Part shown: positions 36,011 to 47,800 of the stretch, piece after piece
Numbering within the stretch: position 1 is the first letter of the stretch
Layout: each line of letters starts with the position of its first letter
Source of the DNA: Blastocladiella emersonii ATCC 22665
Taxonomy: Eukaryota > Fungi > Blastocladiomycota
NCBI GenBank assembly: GCA_025594325.1
Contig: JANHCV010000001.1
Coordinates: 248,001 to 312,000, forward strand
Direction: 5' to 3'
DNA: 64,000 nt
Made by a program: the position numbers and the translations under genes
The notes under the pieces: model-generated
Told to the model about the DNA's origin: nothing
Databases searched by the model: none
The model's input: only the letters and a program-made list of their open reading frames with translations

Positions 36011-37614
36011 ATGGAATCAAATGAAATAACCCCGCCCACGCCGGGCCTGCCGAAACTCCCGTCGTACCGCGAGAGCCTCTCAGCGCCTTGCGGGTGCCGC
36101 CCGAAGCTTCCGGCCCTCCATCGCCACTTCCAGCGCCTCGCTGTGAGCGGAGATCTCGCCGACGTCAACGTCTCGTTCCACGGGTTCACCTACCACTTGC
36201 ACCGTAATGTTCTTGCTCAGAGCCCCTTCCTTTCTGGGCTGTTGAGCGACGCGTGGCACGCGCCGCCACCGAGCCCTGACACGGTCAGCGCAGCTCGCAT
36301 CGACTTCTTGCCCACTGTCGTTGATGACGACGTTTCCGAGGAGCTACTTGTCGCACGCGCTATTCAAGCGTGGGAGACAGCTCTCGTCGCGCTTTATGGC
36401 GGGTGCTTCAAGTCGCTTATCGCGCGCCTCACGTTCGACTCATTTCTTGACGCTTTGGAGGTTGCAATCTACTTTGGTACCTCTATTCCGCCACCAAAGT
36501 GGGATAGCCTCATGTGACTAACACGACCGCGCGCGATAGACCTGCCACAGCTCATGGGCGCTTGTCACGAGTATTTCCTTTACCACCTTGGAGTCCTTGC
36601 CAACAACTACGACAAAAACTTAACACACAGAGCTGCCATGCTTGGGCGAGTCGCGGCCTTTTGTGACGGACGCGACCTTCCCGACCAAGTCGACTCGTTT
36701 CTAGGTATCTTGGTGGCCCATTTGCGCTATCTGGGCTCCCAGCTGAACAACTTTGACCTGCTTCAACATTGTCCCCCTAACTTTGCGAAGCACATCCTGC
36801 TTTCACCAGAGTTTTGGATTTCCTCCGAACTCAGGTATTTCAATTTCCTACGCACGTTCGATGCAATTTCGACCAAAGAATCGCTTGGTTCAGTTCGGTT
36901 CTTGACCATGATGGAGCAAGACCAGTATACTGTACTTCAAACACTTGCAGCAGCAAACAAGCTTGACCTTCAAGCCAACGTCAAGGCTGCCTTTTTTGAC
37001 GCTGAGTTGCTCCACAAAGCTGTGCTCTGCAAGGTCCATGACAACAGCGCGCTTGGCGACGACTGGGCTGGCCCTGGCTCTCCACCCCATCGACCAACAA
37101 TGTGTTTCTCATTGACTCCCCGCATCATTTTTGGTGCCGCTCCCCCAATGTCCGGGTCTTTGGTGATTATCAAATTTGGTGGCAGCCAATGGACCGCGTC
37201 CCTTGCCTTCATGGAGAATGGCAACTTGTTGAAACTCAGCCTGTGCGTTTTTTACCTCGATTTGTTCCCATACGGAGATTGAATCGTTCTGACTCTTCGT
37301 TTTCTAGCTCGCGGGACCCACCGGAAGCACGGGCTGCTGACCCAAGGCAGTTGACGCCGGTTCGTCTGCAGTACGTCACGTACACATTGTGTCGGACTTA
37401 TGCGCAATCAAGCGCGTGTCCTGGTATATCCTGGGATCGGTCCACGTTCAATGCGTCGCCTGCGATTGTACACGCGACCACAATGTCTGACTGGGTCACG
37501 ACCTCGCTGGCAAACGCTGCAGCGCCTTGGACATGCACTCTACCAGACCCAAAGCCGATCCGCGTGGGTTCCGCAGGCTACTTCTCCCTCAAGCTTTTTG
37601 TCGAGCTCCTCTGA
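36011..37614 (+). CDS. BTB/BACK/MATH-like protein, copy 2 (tandem paralog); introns 36477-36539 and 37243-37307
   Basis: Colinear with copy 1, same intron positions and phases; ADVNVSFHGFTYHLHRNVLAQSPF, FGGSQWTASL, LKLFVELL. Confidence 0.75.
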
Positions 37615-38229
37615 ATTGCTTCGAAGCAAGAAAGATCCTCCCATACATCCCGTGCGCGTTTCATTCATCTTTCCAACTGGCAACTGCAGCTCTCCCGTCG
37701 CGCTTATTCCAAGCAATCCTGCGCGGGTCATGTCGCGGCGATGGAGCTTCGTTTCAGGGGGAGGTTGGCCCTCGCGTAGGCGGCACTGTTTGCTGTTGTA
37801 GCAGCTAATCGCGATGGGAGACGACAGCTTGCATTTAAGATTCTCCTTGCGCATGCACACTGCGGCTCTTCGCGTACACGCGGAGCGCGGTTCTTTGTTG
37901 GTCCAGATTCTGGCGGCTGTGTCAGCCTTTGAGGCATGAACAACGCGCCAGCTGCATGACGCGTGAATGTCTAGTGAACTTTTGAAAGTGTGCTTAGGCG
38001 GGGATCGGGGCTATCCGTGCCTGGTGCATCAAGGGAAAACACGTTGCGATCGGGAAACTGCGCGGGATGGACGGAGTCATGGACGCGGGATGCGTGACAA
38101 CGCGGCTTCCGCTGCGTGCGCGAGCATCCCTTTTCCCCGAAACTAAACGCAACCGGCGGTCATGAGTCGGGAAGAGCGCACGGTGGTCAACTCGGGTTCG
38201 TGCAAACCTGTCCGGTTGGGAGCTGAGTT

Positions 38230-39520
38230 CATGTGATTATCTCTAGTGACAGAAAATCCTCAGCTGTAGCTTTAGCGAAGCTGAGTTTTTGTGGGAGCAA
38301 TTTGAAGCTATCAGGCACATCAACCTTCACGTGCACCTCAGCTTCCTTCGCAGTCCCGACGTCCGTCTCAACTCATAAGTACTGGCTTTCATTCGAGTCC
38401 CCGACTCCCCGCATTGGTCTTAACTCAGTGTAATATAAATTCAGACACTACCATTAAGAGACGGCGACCTGCTTGAAATTCTTCGAGTGTTCGGCAAGCT
38501 GGAGCGACGGTGGAGCGGTCAGTCGCTGCTGTCTCCCACTGCTGCGCCACCCGCTGAGCCACCCGCTGAGCCACCGCGCTCCGACCACGCCTGCATCTCC
38601 GTCGCCAACCACTACGACCGCTTCTAAACAACAGCCAGCGCGGCATCAATGTCGCACAAAAATCATGACGGAACAGCTGGCGCAAATTAACGGAGCTCTA
38701 TTTCCGTTGGTTTCCCAAACTGACTTCAATCTCTGACCGCCCGAATGGTCGAGCTTTGATCAGAGTATGCAGCCTTCGACTTTTCTCGTTGAGCACAAAA
38801 ATGGTGAGAGTTCGTGAATCGCCTGATTACCGAGGTAGCACAAGGTCATGGATCTCGGTCGCCGTTTGCAAGGTAATGGTTACATTGTCAGCGATGGCTA
38901 GCGTCTAAAAAACGAATAGGGAGGGACAGCGATGATGCGACGCACCGGTACATACTGAGTGGAGAATACTCGACATGCACGCGGCAAGGCGAGAACGACG
39001 GTGCGACGCGACCCTGGAACAAAGGTCTGAGACGTTGAGCACGGGGCCGAGGATTCATGATCACCACTGGATCACGCCGGTGAACCGACCCTAACCTGGC
39101 GACAAAGAAGAAGGTTCAGCAGCGTCAGGCGTGTACGCGTCCACTGTGTCGTACTGAAAGTAGTCGGCCGCAAAGCTCAACGATCCGATTGCTAAGCATG
39201 CGCGAGCGGAAGTCACTGGTGCTCGCGGCCCTGTAAATACCGCATCGTGCAGGTCGGCCTGAGCGACACCACCACGCCCGGGTTCCAGTAAGCGTACCTA
39301 TACCTCTCGTCCGCGTCCGAGGACCAAAAGCGGCTGCGCGATTTGGTCTCAGCCCAGCGTTTTGTTGACGAGGTCACAGGCGAGGCGCACATGCACATCG
39401 ACTTGGACCACAAGGACTTTTCCTGCCGCTCAACTTTGTCAACTAGCACGGATTCTCAGGCGACCAGAGCGACATGTTTGAGCCCAGCCTCAGTTTCAAC
39501 CATGGGCCACGGCTTCTAGT
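38230..39520. pseudogene. Decayed coding-like sequence, identity and strand unresolved
   Basis: Protein-like stretches interrupted by stops, e.g. minus VETDVGTAKEAEVHVKVDVPDSF and TLAIADNVTITLQTATEIHDLVLPR*SGD; plus KYRIVQVGLSD...FQ*AYLYLSS. Confidence 0.3.
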
Positions 39521-39969
39521 GCTCGCTCAACCGAATATCGTGATTCTCCGGGGCCATGACGCTCATGGCCGTGGCCGTGGCGGCGTCGGTCAAGGACGCG
39601 TGCCTGCCACGCGCGTTAGACCTGTGCTGCTGTTCTCATCATTGACATGACAGATTTGAGCTACAGCTGAGACCCAAGTGTGTGCGCAGCACACACACCT
39701 AGCGAAACTTGATCGCTTCAAGTTCGCCTTCGGCGCGCATGAGAGGTGCAAGACGCCTTTTGGAGCCCGCGAGGAGTTTTCAACTACGCGGTGGTCCAAG
39801 AGGATCAACGCGGCCCGTTTCAGGACTTGTTTTCCCGCGCGTGCGTCGCTCGACTCACCGCTGGCAGCAGACGAGCGCTTTTTCGTCCGCGCCTCAGTCG
39901 TGTCGAAGCACAGGTGGGTTGGGCGAATGCGGGGAAATTAGGATTCCTAACAAAACGCTCAGATTTCGC

Positions 39970-40051
39970 GGGTCAATGGCCGAGAGGTCTAAGGCGTCCC
40001 ACTCAAGCTGGGATCTCTTCGGAGGCGCAGGTTCGAACCCTGCTTGACTCA
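39970..40051 (+). tRNA. tRNA-Leu(CAA), intronless, long variable arm
   Basis: Acceptor stem GGGTCAA/TTGACTC; D arm TGGCCGAGAGGTCTAAGGC; anticodon arm TCCCA-CTCAAGC-TGGGA; T arm GCAGG-TTCGAAC-CCTGC; followed by TTTT. Confidence 0.95.
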
Positions 40052-40139
40052 TTTTGCCGCAGCGATCATTCCTCGCCATCGTTTTGACCCTGTGGGAGCC
40101 TCACGGACGCCTTAGGAGGCGCCCACCGCAGCCCGAGGC

Positions 40140-40660
40140 AGCTTTAGCCGGTTCGATTACAATACACATTGTCGTTTGACGGAGGAGTCCCTGCCATGAT
40201 CAGCTGTCCTCCATGTCTCACTCAAACATGGACACAGTCAAGTTTTCAAGTCGGGCTTGTTCAACAAGCCGCTTAAAAGAGGATGCTTACTCTCTACGTG
40301 TTCCATCCCGTTCCTGTGCCCTGATGGCTCATAGTGTTCAAGGAGAGGTGTATGTTGCAGCCTCAAGTGCATACACGTGACAATCAGCCGCCTATCCCCA
40401 CGCCCACGTTTAGACCGCACTTTCATGTTCACTCGTTGCCACCACACGCTGCTCAAGCGCCTAAAAACGATGCACCGCGTCTTCCAAATCCCGCAAATCG
40501 TGATGCACCCTGCGCAAGTGGCAATCTTTGAGGGCTCGCTCACTCTTGTCACCCTCGCCGTCCACGTCTTCGCTTGCGTCGCCATCGTCTTCTACTTGAC
40601 CTCTCGCCTCTGCATTACCCCAAGAAGCCAAGACGAGAGCTTTAGATGGACCGCCCAGCA
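40140..40660 (-). pseudogene. Heavily decayed ORF (acidic tract then coiled-coil-like segment, 8 in-frame stops)
   Basis: EDDGDASEDVDGEGDKSERALKDCHLRRVHHDLRDLEDAVHRF*ALEQRVV...*...*; one frame is kept across all the stops. Confidence 0.35.
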
Positions 40661-41108
40661 ACTTTGCTGCTGCAGCGGTCTCAAGCGCAAAGCGTGCCGC
40701 GTCAAAGCAGCCACGTAAGTAACGAGAGTGTGCACAGAGCGAGATGGATCTATGGCAAAGTCAAGAGCAAGGGTGAAAGGGCGTGGCTCTGCGCCGGTAC
40801 CAGCCAAAGGCCGTGCGGCTCTGGATCTCGCCGTGATCATTTCGATTGTCTCACGTGAGTGGTGCAGCGCGTCCCAGGCAGGGAACGCTATCGAACGTCA
40901 GCACTTCGGTTTCGGTTCCAAAATCCAAACAGTTGAAAGCCACTACGCATGCTTTTTCAGTGGAAACAACATTGTACTTTCTCACTTTCTCACTGTTGAA
41001 AGCATTCCTTGCCATGCGAACCACTTTGAGGAATGAAACCTGTTTACTCGGCCCAAAGGGCTCACTAAACCAACAACCAACAAACTACCGAATCATGCAC
41101 AATCCAAC

Positions 41109-43234
41109 CTACTGGGAAGCCTTTTCCCCACGGCCGCCCTTATCCTCTTTCGCAGCGGGCTCCTTTTCGACCACCTTCTTGGGCGCGGACCCACTCTGTA
41201 TCCGCTTCTTGGGCTCGGGGATCTTGCCACCGTGGAACTACTTGCTCAGCGGAGCCGTCTCGATGAGCGACTCGACGGCCTTCTTGATCCCCTCCGTCGG
41301 CCCAGTCGTTGTGGGCAGCCGCGACGTGACAACGCCCAAGACCGCGGCTTGCGCACTTGCGAGTAGGTCGCGCGTCACCGGGGTCTGCTTGCCCACAGCT
41401 GGCACAGCGTGAGGTTCTCGGTCCCAAGGCTGGTCACGGGCTCCGGATGCACAGTGGTTGTCAAGGCCGACTCTGCTGCAGTCGTCGCGTTACCCATGGC
41501 CGCTGGGCTCGCTGGCTGCAGCGGATGAATGAGACGAAGGAAGTCAATCTCAATTTGTGCCGCGGCGGCATCATCATCCTCGGTTTGGTTTGGCGAGGGC
41601 ACATCGCCGCCAAGCCCACTGTGAGGAATCTGACTCGTCAGCGGCATGAGAAGTTTGACTTTCGGGTGATGGATCTGGTAGACGACGGCGCGGGTGCGGA
41701 AGTCCTGCGAGCCTAGATGCAGCGCCACGGCCTTGCGCTCACTGAGAAACTCGCGCGGCGAGTTAATGAGCTCAGGCGTGATCTTGCACGCGTCGCCCCC
41801 AGATCACGCCGTCGGGATGCTCCGCCATGAAAGTGTTGATGCTGTCAGACAGGCGCCAATGCGTGCCGACGAGGAAGAACGCGCCAAAATACCCGCCGCA
41901 GGGGCTCGCCCGCAAAGACTCGACAACGTCCGCCAGGTCAAAGTTGGGCGCGAGCGTGTACGGCAGCGCAGCATTCGTTGTTGCAGGGGCAGCACAAGTA
42001 GTGGCGGAAGAATCAGCGGCGGCGAAAGGTGATGGAGCCGATGACGCCGAGTGACTCGCGCTCGTAAAAGTCCAAGGCCGAGTAAGGTCCGCTGGATCAC
42101 ACGAAAACTCGTACACGACACCAGCCAGAGTAATGTATCTGAGGCGCGTCTGTTGTTAGATAGGTTTCTGGTGCACACTCGCAGGAAGCTCATCCGTACC
42201 GAGTGAAACTTTCGTCATCGCCAGGAAACGGCGCCAGAAGATCGAGCTTGGTGTACGACGGGGGCGACTCGACAGGGCCAAACGCACCGTCGCCCAAAAG
42301 CCCCATGTCGTTGCCGTCGTCGTCGATCTCGGCGACAATGAGGTGCGGCACGTCGAGGCATGAGCGTTGGTCCACAAGTTCGCGAGGGCACCCGACTCCT
42401 GCAGCATGTCGTGGACAAACTGGACGACGGTCTTGCCCGACTGGCGGTGGAAGAGCAGCACGCCAAATTTGAACTTGCTGCCGCCGACCTGTTCAACAGG
42501 AACACCGTTTCGCGGGTCCTTGTCGGTCGTGAAGGTGAGAAGCGGGCGAGGAAGCGAGCGAAGCGTGAGGTCGCCGTTGGTAAGCTTGGGGATGGCCCAG
42601 GTGAGGTAACGCTTGTCGAGCTCGGAAAAGACCTCGAGAGCATCGGTCACAGAGAATCGTTCGATGTCTAGACAAGCCAGGGTACGAGGGTCAGTACAAG
42701 TCCCACGCGATGAAGAGAGGGCAGCGAATGCGCTGCGCAATGTCCCAAATGGGTAGGCGAGGGATGAATTCGACAAGCGAGCGTACCGTTGGAGATGATC
42801 GGAACGGAGCCGCAGCCCATGAGCAGCGGGATCAGCGCGTCAAAGTTGCGGTCGGTGAAGAGGGCGGCGGCGAAGCCGAGTCGGTTGACGACCAGCTCGA
42901 GCGTCTCGGGGCGTGCAGTGAAGGCGTCGCTGGCTCAGCGCAGCGGCGCGGCGCGGCCCTGCGTAGGATCGGTCACTCGCGTGTCGGCGACCAAGGGAAG
43001 CTTTAGCGAGGACAGCAGGCCAAAGTGCCACAGCCCGTCGGCCTGGTCAACGGGGTAGAGAATGGCCAACGCGAGGGCTGCGAGAAGGCAAGAGAATTTG
43101 ACAAGCTTGGGCTCGGTCCGCGAGCCGTTCGGCGCGACCGTGTACAGGTGAGTCCCGAGAGCGGGGCACTGCACGGGAGCCGCAATGGTCATGTGCACGG
43201 GCGGCTCGAGGTCGATGTGAGCCCAAGTCGCCAT
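41109..43234 (-). pseudogene. Multi-exon pseudogene of unknown family with a P-loop-like HRQSGKT motif
   Basis: ATG 43234 (MATWAHIDLEPP); stop at 42935; intron remnants (GTACG...TAG/CAG); frameshifts at ~42370, ~42150-42190, ~41798 and ~41420; stop at 41238. Segments include GVLLFHRQSGKTVVQFV, PHLIVAEIDD and EHPDGVIWG-DACKITPELI. Confidence 0.55.
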
Positions 43235-43481
43235 TTTGGCGGGCGAAGCGAGGAAACGGCGGGGCGACGATGGCACAGAAAATTGGAGGAAGTGACACCG
43301 TGGTACGGGTGCGTTACATGGACTTGCTTCATGCGGGCTTCCGAGGCGCGGGAGGAGAAGCGCTCGTGTGGCGGCGACAGCGGCGAGTCGACTGACGCGC
43401 ACCTCGCGAAAGCACGTCCTGAAACGGCACCGGGCTGGCGCCGCGGCGCGGTTCGGATGAACGACGCGTCGGTCGCGTCGG

Positions 43482-44224
43482 CTTCACGGTGCGTTGATCG
43501 CGGACCGGCCCGCATACAAGCAGCGGCGCAACGACCTTTCATTCGTATACTTGCACTTTTCACGCGGGTTTCTCGGCGCGTTGGCTCGGCATCACGTACT
43601 CGTGGTCGCAGAACGTGGCGACAGCATAACTGAAAGCGTTGACGTATGATTTAACCAGGACTTGCACCCCGAGCTTGCTGCAGCGACCCCAGCTCATGGC
43701 GCAGGACACCTTGACGGTTCGCCAATCTCGCTGTGCTCAATCCCAGTCGGGGCCCGGAGTACTCGCGCGCGCTACAACCATCGACGTGATCGCCGGCGGC
43801 GTCAGCATGATCCCGACGTTGGACCGTGCTATTTGCGACGATCCGCCGGCCTCGAGGCCTTGAAACGTCCGCCGACTAGCTGCGGATGGCGAGCTGACGT
43901 TTCTCGATCGTGACGAGCGCAAGGTCCTGACGAATACACTTTGCGTTTCCGTCGGACGGGCACTCACGATTTCACGAGCTCATGAGCCGCAAGCTTGTCC
44001 CGCTTCTCTGACGCGGATTCAGCGCGCGGGTCGAGTCGGGTCGAGACGTACGACGACGCAGCCATCGGATTGATTGCGCGACCCGCCGTTGCGCGACACT
44101 GCCAAGACGGACTTTCAAGGGATCAGGCAGGCTAGTGTCGGCCGGCCATGGTGCTCTCACTCTGGATCTGAACGACGAATGCGGGAGCAGTAGACGCGCT
44201 GTAGCCGTTGCTCGCACTGAATAA
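43482..44224 (+). pseudogene. Fragment (3' half) of a third SNF2-derived paralog, frameshifted and internally deleted
   Basis: Segments match copy B: GALIADRPAYKQRRNDLSFVYLHF..RHHVLVVA vs GLITDRPLPKQWGEDLSSVFLHF..RHRVLVVA; LMAQ/LKAQ; ICDDPP/IYDDPP; FLDRDERKV/LLDRDYRAV; FAFPS..MSRKLV/LAFPS..KSRKLV; LDLNDECG/LSLNDEGG. Confidence 0.7.
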
Positions 44225-44715
44225 TATGTGGGACTTTGCTAATTGACTGAGATGCGAGATATAGACGGGGGACAGTTTGGTCGAAATGACGGCGGAGCGA
44301 GTACTCGCGCGGGGCGCGGGGAGAACCCGAAAGGTCCTCGATTCCGATGGGACGCGTCCCGGCGCGCCGTCTGTTACGCATACGGGACATGGGCAACCTC
44401 CCTCAGCGAAGCAAGGTCGGGCGTTAGTGGATTGGCCTCCGCTGACGCTAGGCGTGTGCGGGCATGCCATGCATCTTCCCCCCTTTGAGTCCCCGGATCG
44501 AAACCCAACCCGCGACCGGAACAACTCAGACGGATGTAAAACCCTGCGAGGGAAGGGGAGCATGGCCTCTAGCGCACACAATTCGGAATTGGGCCGAGGC
44601 GGGGATGGGAGGGAGGGGGGGGACCGACAACAGAACAGAAGCCGGAAGCCGGAAACCAAGCACACAGGAACGGAATTCAAATACGAATTTGAATTTCGTT
44701 TTCGTTTTTGGGCTG

Positions 44716-44728
44716 ACGCGTTTTCGCG
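44716..44728 (-). promoter_or_regulatory. Composite CGCGAAAACGCGT element upstream of SNF2-derived copy A
   Basis: ACGCGTTTTCGCG on the plus strand. Confidence 0.35.
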
Positions 44729-44884
44729 TTTTGCGCGCAAACCCGCGCGTTCGACACGCGCACGTGGCCGGGCGCGCGTCTCAGTTTGGCCTGTGGCGGC
44801 GCCCGTTTCCCTTTCGGGGTCCCGCGCCGCTCTTCTCGCCCCTGCTGATACATCATCCCCCCTCGCATTGCACACCGACTCTAG

Positions 44885-47800
44885 CTAGATGCAACGGATG
44901 GACTCCATGGACCCGACGGCGCTGGGCGGCTTTGCGGCGACCCATCGCCGCCGCTGCTGCTTGCGATTGACCAGGTCCCTACTACTGCTGCCACCCAACA
45001 ACAGCTTCTCGATGTCGATCCCAACACGCCGCCGCCGCCGCCGCTCGACGCAGCCAACTTTGACCGCCGCGTCCTCGCCGAGCGCGTGGCGCGCGGGTGG
45101 TGGTGCCCGTTCCCGCACACGCCCGCGTCGCTGCTCGAGCAGCGCTGCAAGGACGGCGCCGAGGCCCGCAAGCTTCTCAACGAGTGCGCGCCGATCCGGA
45201 ACCTCGCCGACGAGGACGGCGTCGTGGCTTCCCTGTTGTTACACGACTCTTCGCAGCACACTCGCATTGCTTCCTCCGCCCAAGCCAATCCCGGCCCACC
45301 CTCGCCCGTCTCTCCTTTTGCCGCTTCTGCCGGTACGTCACGACACGCCCCTTCCATCTCTAGTAGCGTCAGACTGACCGACCTTCTCCTGCTGTAACGC
45401 CCCACCCCACCCCGCCCCGCCCCGCCCGGCAAAATCGGCCCGCGTCTAGTCGATCCCGCAACACCGCCACCGCCACCAGAGTACTACCACCTCGCCACGT
45501 ACCACGCCCTGCAGCAGCGCCGGCTCCCGCTGCACGGCCGTCTCGGCCTTGGAGTTCCCGGCATCGAGTTCCAAAACCAGACTGCGGCCGCCCTGGACTC
45601 GGACCCCGAGCCGCGCGCGAGCTACGTGCGGTTCAGCAGGGATCCCGCCGCCGCGCCCTTCTTCATGGTCGCGATCCGCGAGACCCCCGCGGCGGCAACG
45701 GCGCTGGCGGCCGCTGAGACGGTGGTGAAGCCGACCAAAAAGTGGAAGCGGCGCCGCTGGTACCACTACACGCTCGATTTCTACCTCGACGCGGATGCCG
45801 TCAACCACAGCCTGCGCGCCGGCGTCCCGGGAGCCGCTCGCGCCGTGCGCCGGCTGCTGCGGTCGCACCGCCCGATCCCGTCGCCGTCCATGCTCTCCAA
45901 GGTTGCTTCCGCCTCCCTATCTCCTCCGCTGCTCACGCTCTGGTGTCCGACTTGGTCTCCGGCGCCGCCGCAACCGCTGCCTTCGGGTCCCGCACTGCTC
46001 AACAGCAACAGCGGTAACACCATGCTCGTCACCTGGCTCGTGCATCTTGAAGCCGATCCGTACGTGCTCCCGGTCTCGCAGCAGCTCTCCACTCTCGTGA
46101 GACAGCCGCACTTGCGCATCGGCCCGCGCGGCGTGCTCTTCAACCTCGAAATTGGCGACTGGGCCGAGCACGACGTGTGGTCTACTTCTTACTCTCAGCC
46201 ACGGGTATCGTCACCGACAAGCTCCCGAGTCGTGCCAGTCGATGGCGAGGAAATACGCGCAGGCGCCATCTTCTCGCCGCTGTCCGAGGACCTCTTCCTG
46301 TCGATTGCGCAGCTGGCCCGCGTGCGTCCGGGCCGCCTCGACTCGGTCACGGCCACCGTCGCCTCCGCTTCCGCTTCTGACGCCTTCTTGGGTGACACGG
46401 CAGCCCGGCCGTCGTTGTACATTTCATCGCGGGCCACGCTGCTCGTGCTTCACTCGGCCGACGTGCCGAAATCGCTGCATCGCATGTTCGGACTTGGTTC
46501 AGCGAGCAGGATGCCTCGGCCCGTATCAGCGAGAAGGCTCGCAAGACCTCGTCCCATTACCATGGCGGCTGCTGCTGCTGCCATGTTAGCCGCTGCTTCG
46601 GCCGCGACGACGGGCGAAACTCCTGCTTCCTCGGATCCGTCGGCGCTTCGCATCGTCGCCATCTGGAGCATCGAAAAGTACCGCGCGACGACGTGGGACC
46701 AGATCCGCGACGCCGACCTCGTCCTCGTTGCGCCGGCCGTCATCATGCATCCCGACTACCGCGCCCACATTGCTTCGCTGGTCGGCGAGACCGAGTACCA
46801 CGGACCCGGCCCGTTTCGCGGCAGTCGTGGCGGGTCCGGCGAACCCGCGTCTTTGTCCACGGACATGTCGCTCGAGCAGTACGAGTTCTCGGAGCTGCTT
46901 GCTGAACGCGTCGCGGCTCTCAATGCGGCGGGCTCCGCGGCGTACGGGCCGACCCGGGGCGAGGTCATCTTCGAGCGCGTCTGGTTCCACCGCGTGTTCT
47001 TGCTCAACTCGCACGAGCGGACAGGGTCCGTGGCGGTCGACGCGTGGCGCGCCCGCGTGGCCGAGTACAATGCCCTCCTGTCGAAGCGCAGCCGCGCGGG
47101 CGAGCGCGGGCTCGCTCCCGCACTTGCCGAGCGGATCGGCGTGCTGCAGCCCAAGGTGACCTCGTACCAGCTGCTCTGCGGTCTCGCTGGAAGCTTCAAG
47201 TACGCCGTCGTGCTGCCGCCGCAGCAGAAGCAGCTGTCGGACGGGTTCGACTTCAAGGACTGGGTCGACTGCATGCCGGCCCGCGCGCTGCGTGCCCACC
47301 TGCAGCACCTCCCGCTCGGCGACGCGCTCCCGGACCTGCCGCACGCCGACTGGGTCGGGTTCATGCAGCGGGCCACGCGCATGACGACGACCACGACCGC
47401 GGCCGCCGCTGGTCCCGGTGAGGCGGCGGCGCCTTCCGCTTCCGCTTCTGCTGCTGTCGATCCGTTCGTAACGTCAGTGGTCGTCGCCGTGGTGCCGACG
47501 GTGGCCAAGCTTCTTCTCGCGCACGACCAGGCCGCGTGTCCGCTGCCGCAGCCTGTTCCTTTTCCGAATCGCTTTTCGACGATTTCCGCGGCATCATCTC
47601 AGTCCCCCTCCACCTCCTCGGGTACGACAGCTGGTCCAGTGCCTTTTCTCTCGCGGTACCGCCAACTGCGCGGTCTCATGCGCGGGTTGCAGCAGCACCC
47701 CCACCAGCTGATTGCTGCATCAGCTACCGCTCCCGCGGCCTCGGCCTCGCTTCGGTGCGCGTCGTGCGCGAGCGCGATCCATTTCTCGCAGGACGCGTTT

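Noticed and set aside
39970-40051. Possible selenocysteine or suppressor tRNA (TCA appears in the anticodon loop)
   Set aside because: The 5-bp stem places CAA at positions 34-36; the 7-bp acceptor stem and arms are leucine-type.
44132-44875. 247-aa minus-strand ORF
   Set aside because: Overlaps the plus-strand SNF2 relic and promoter-like DNA; composition is not protein-like.
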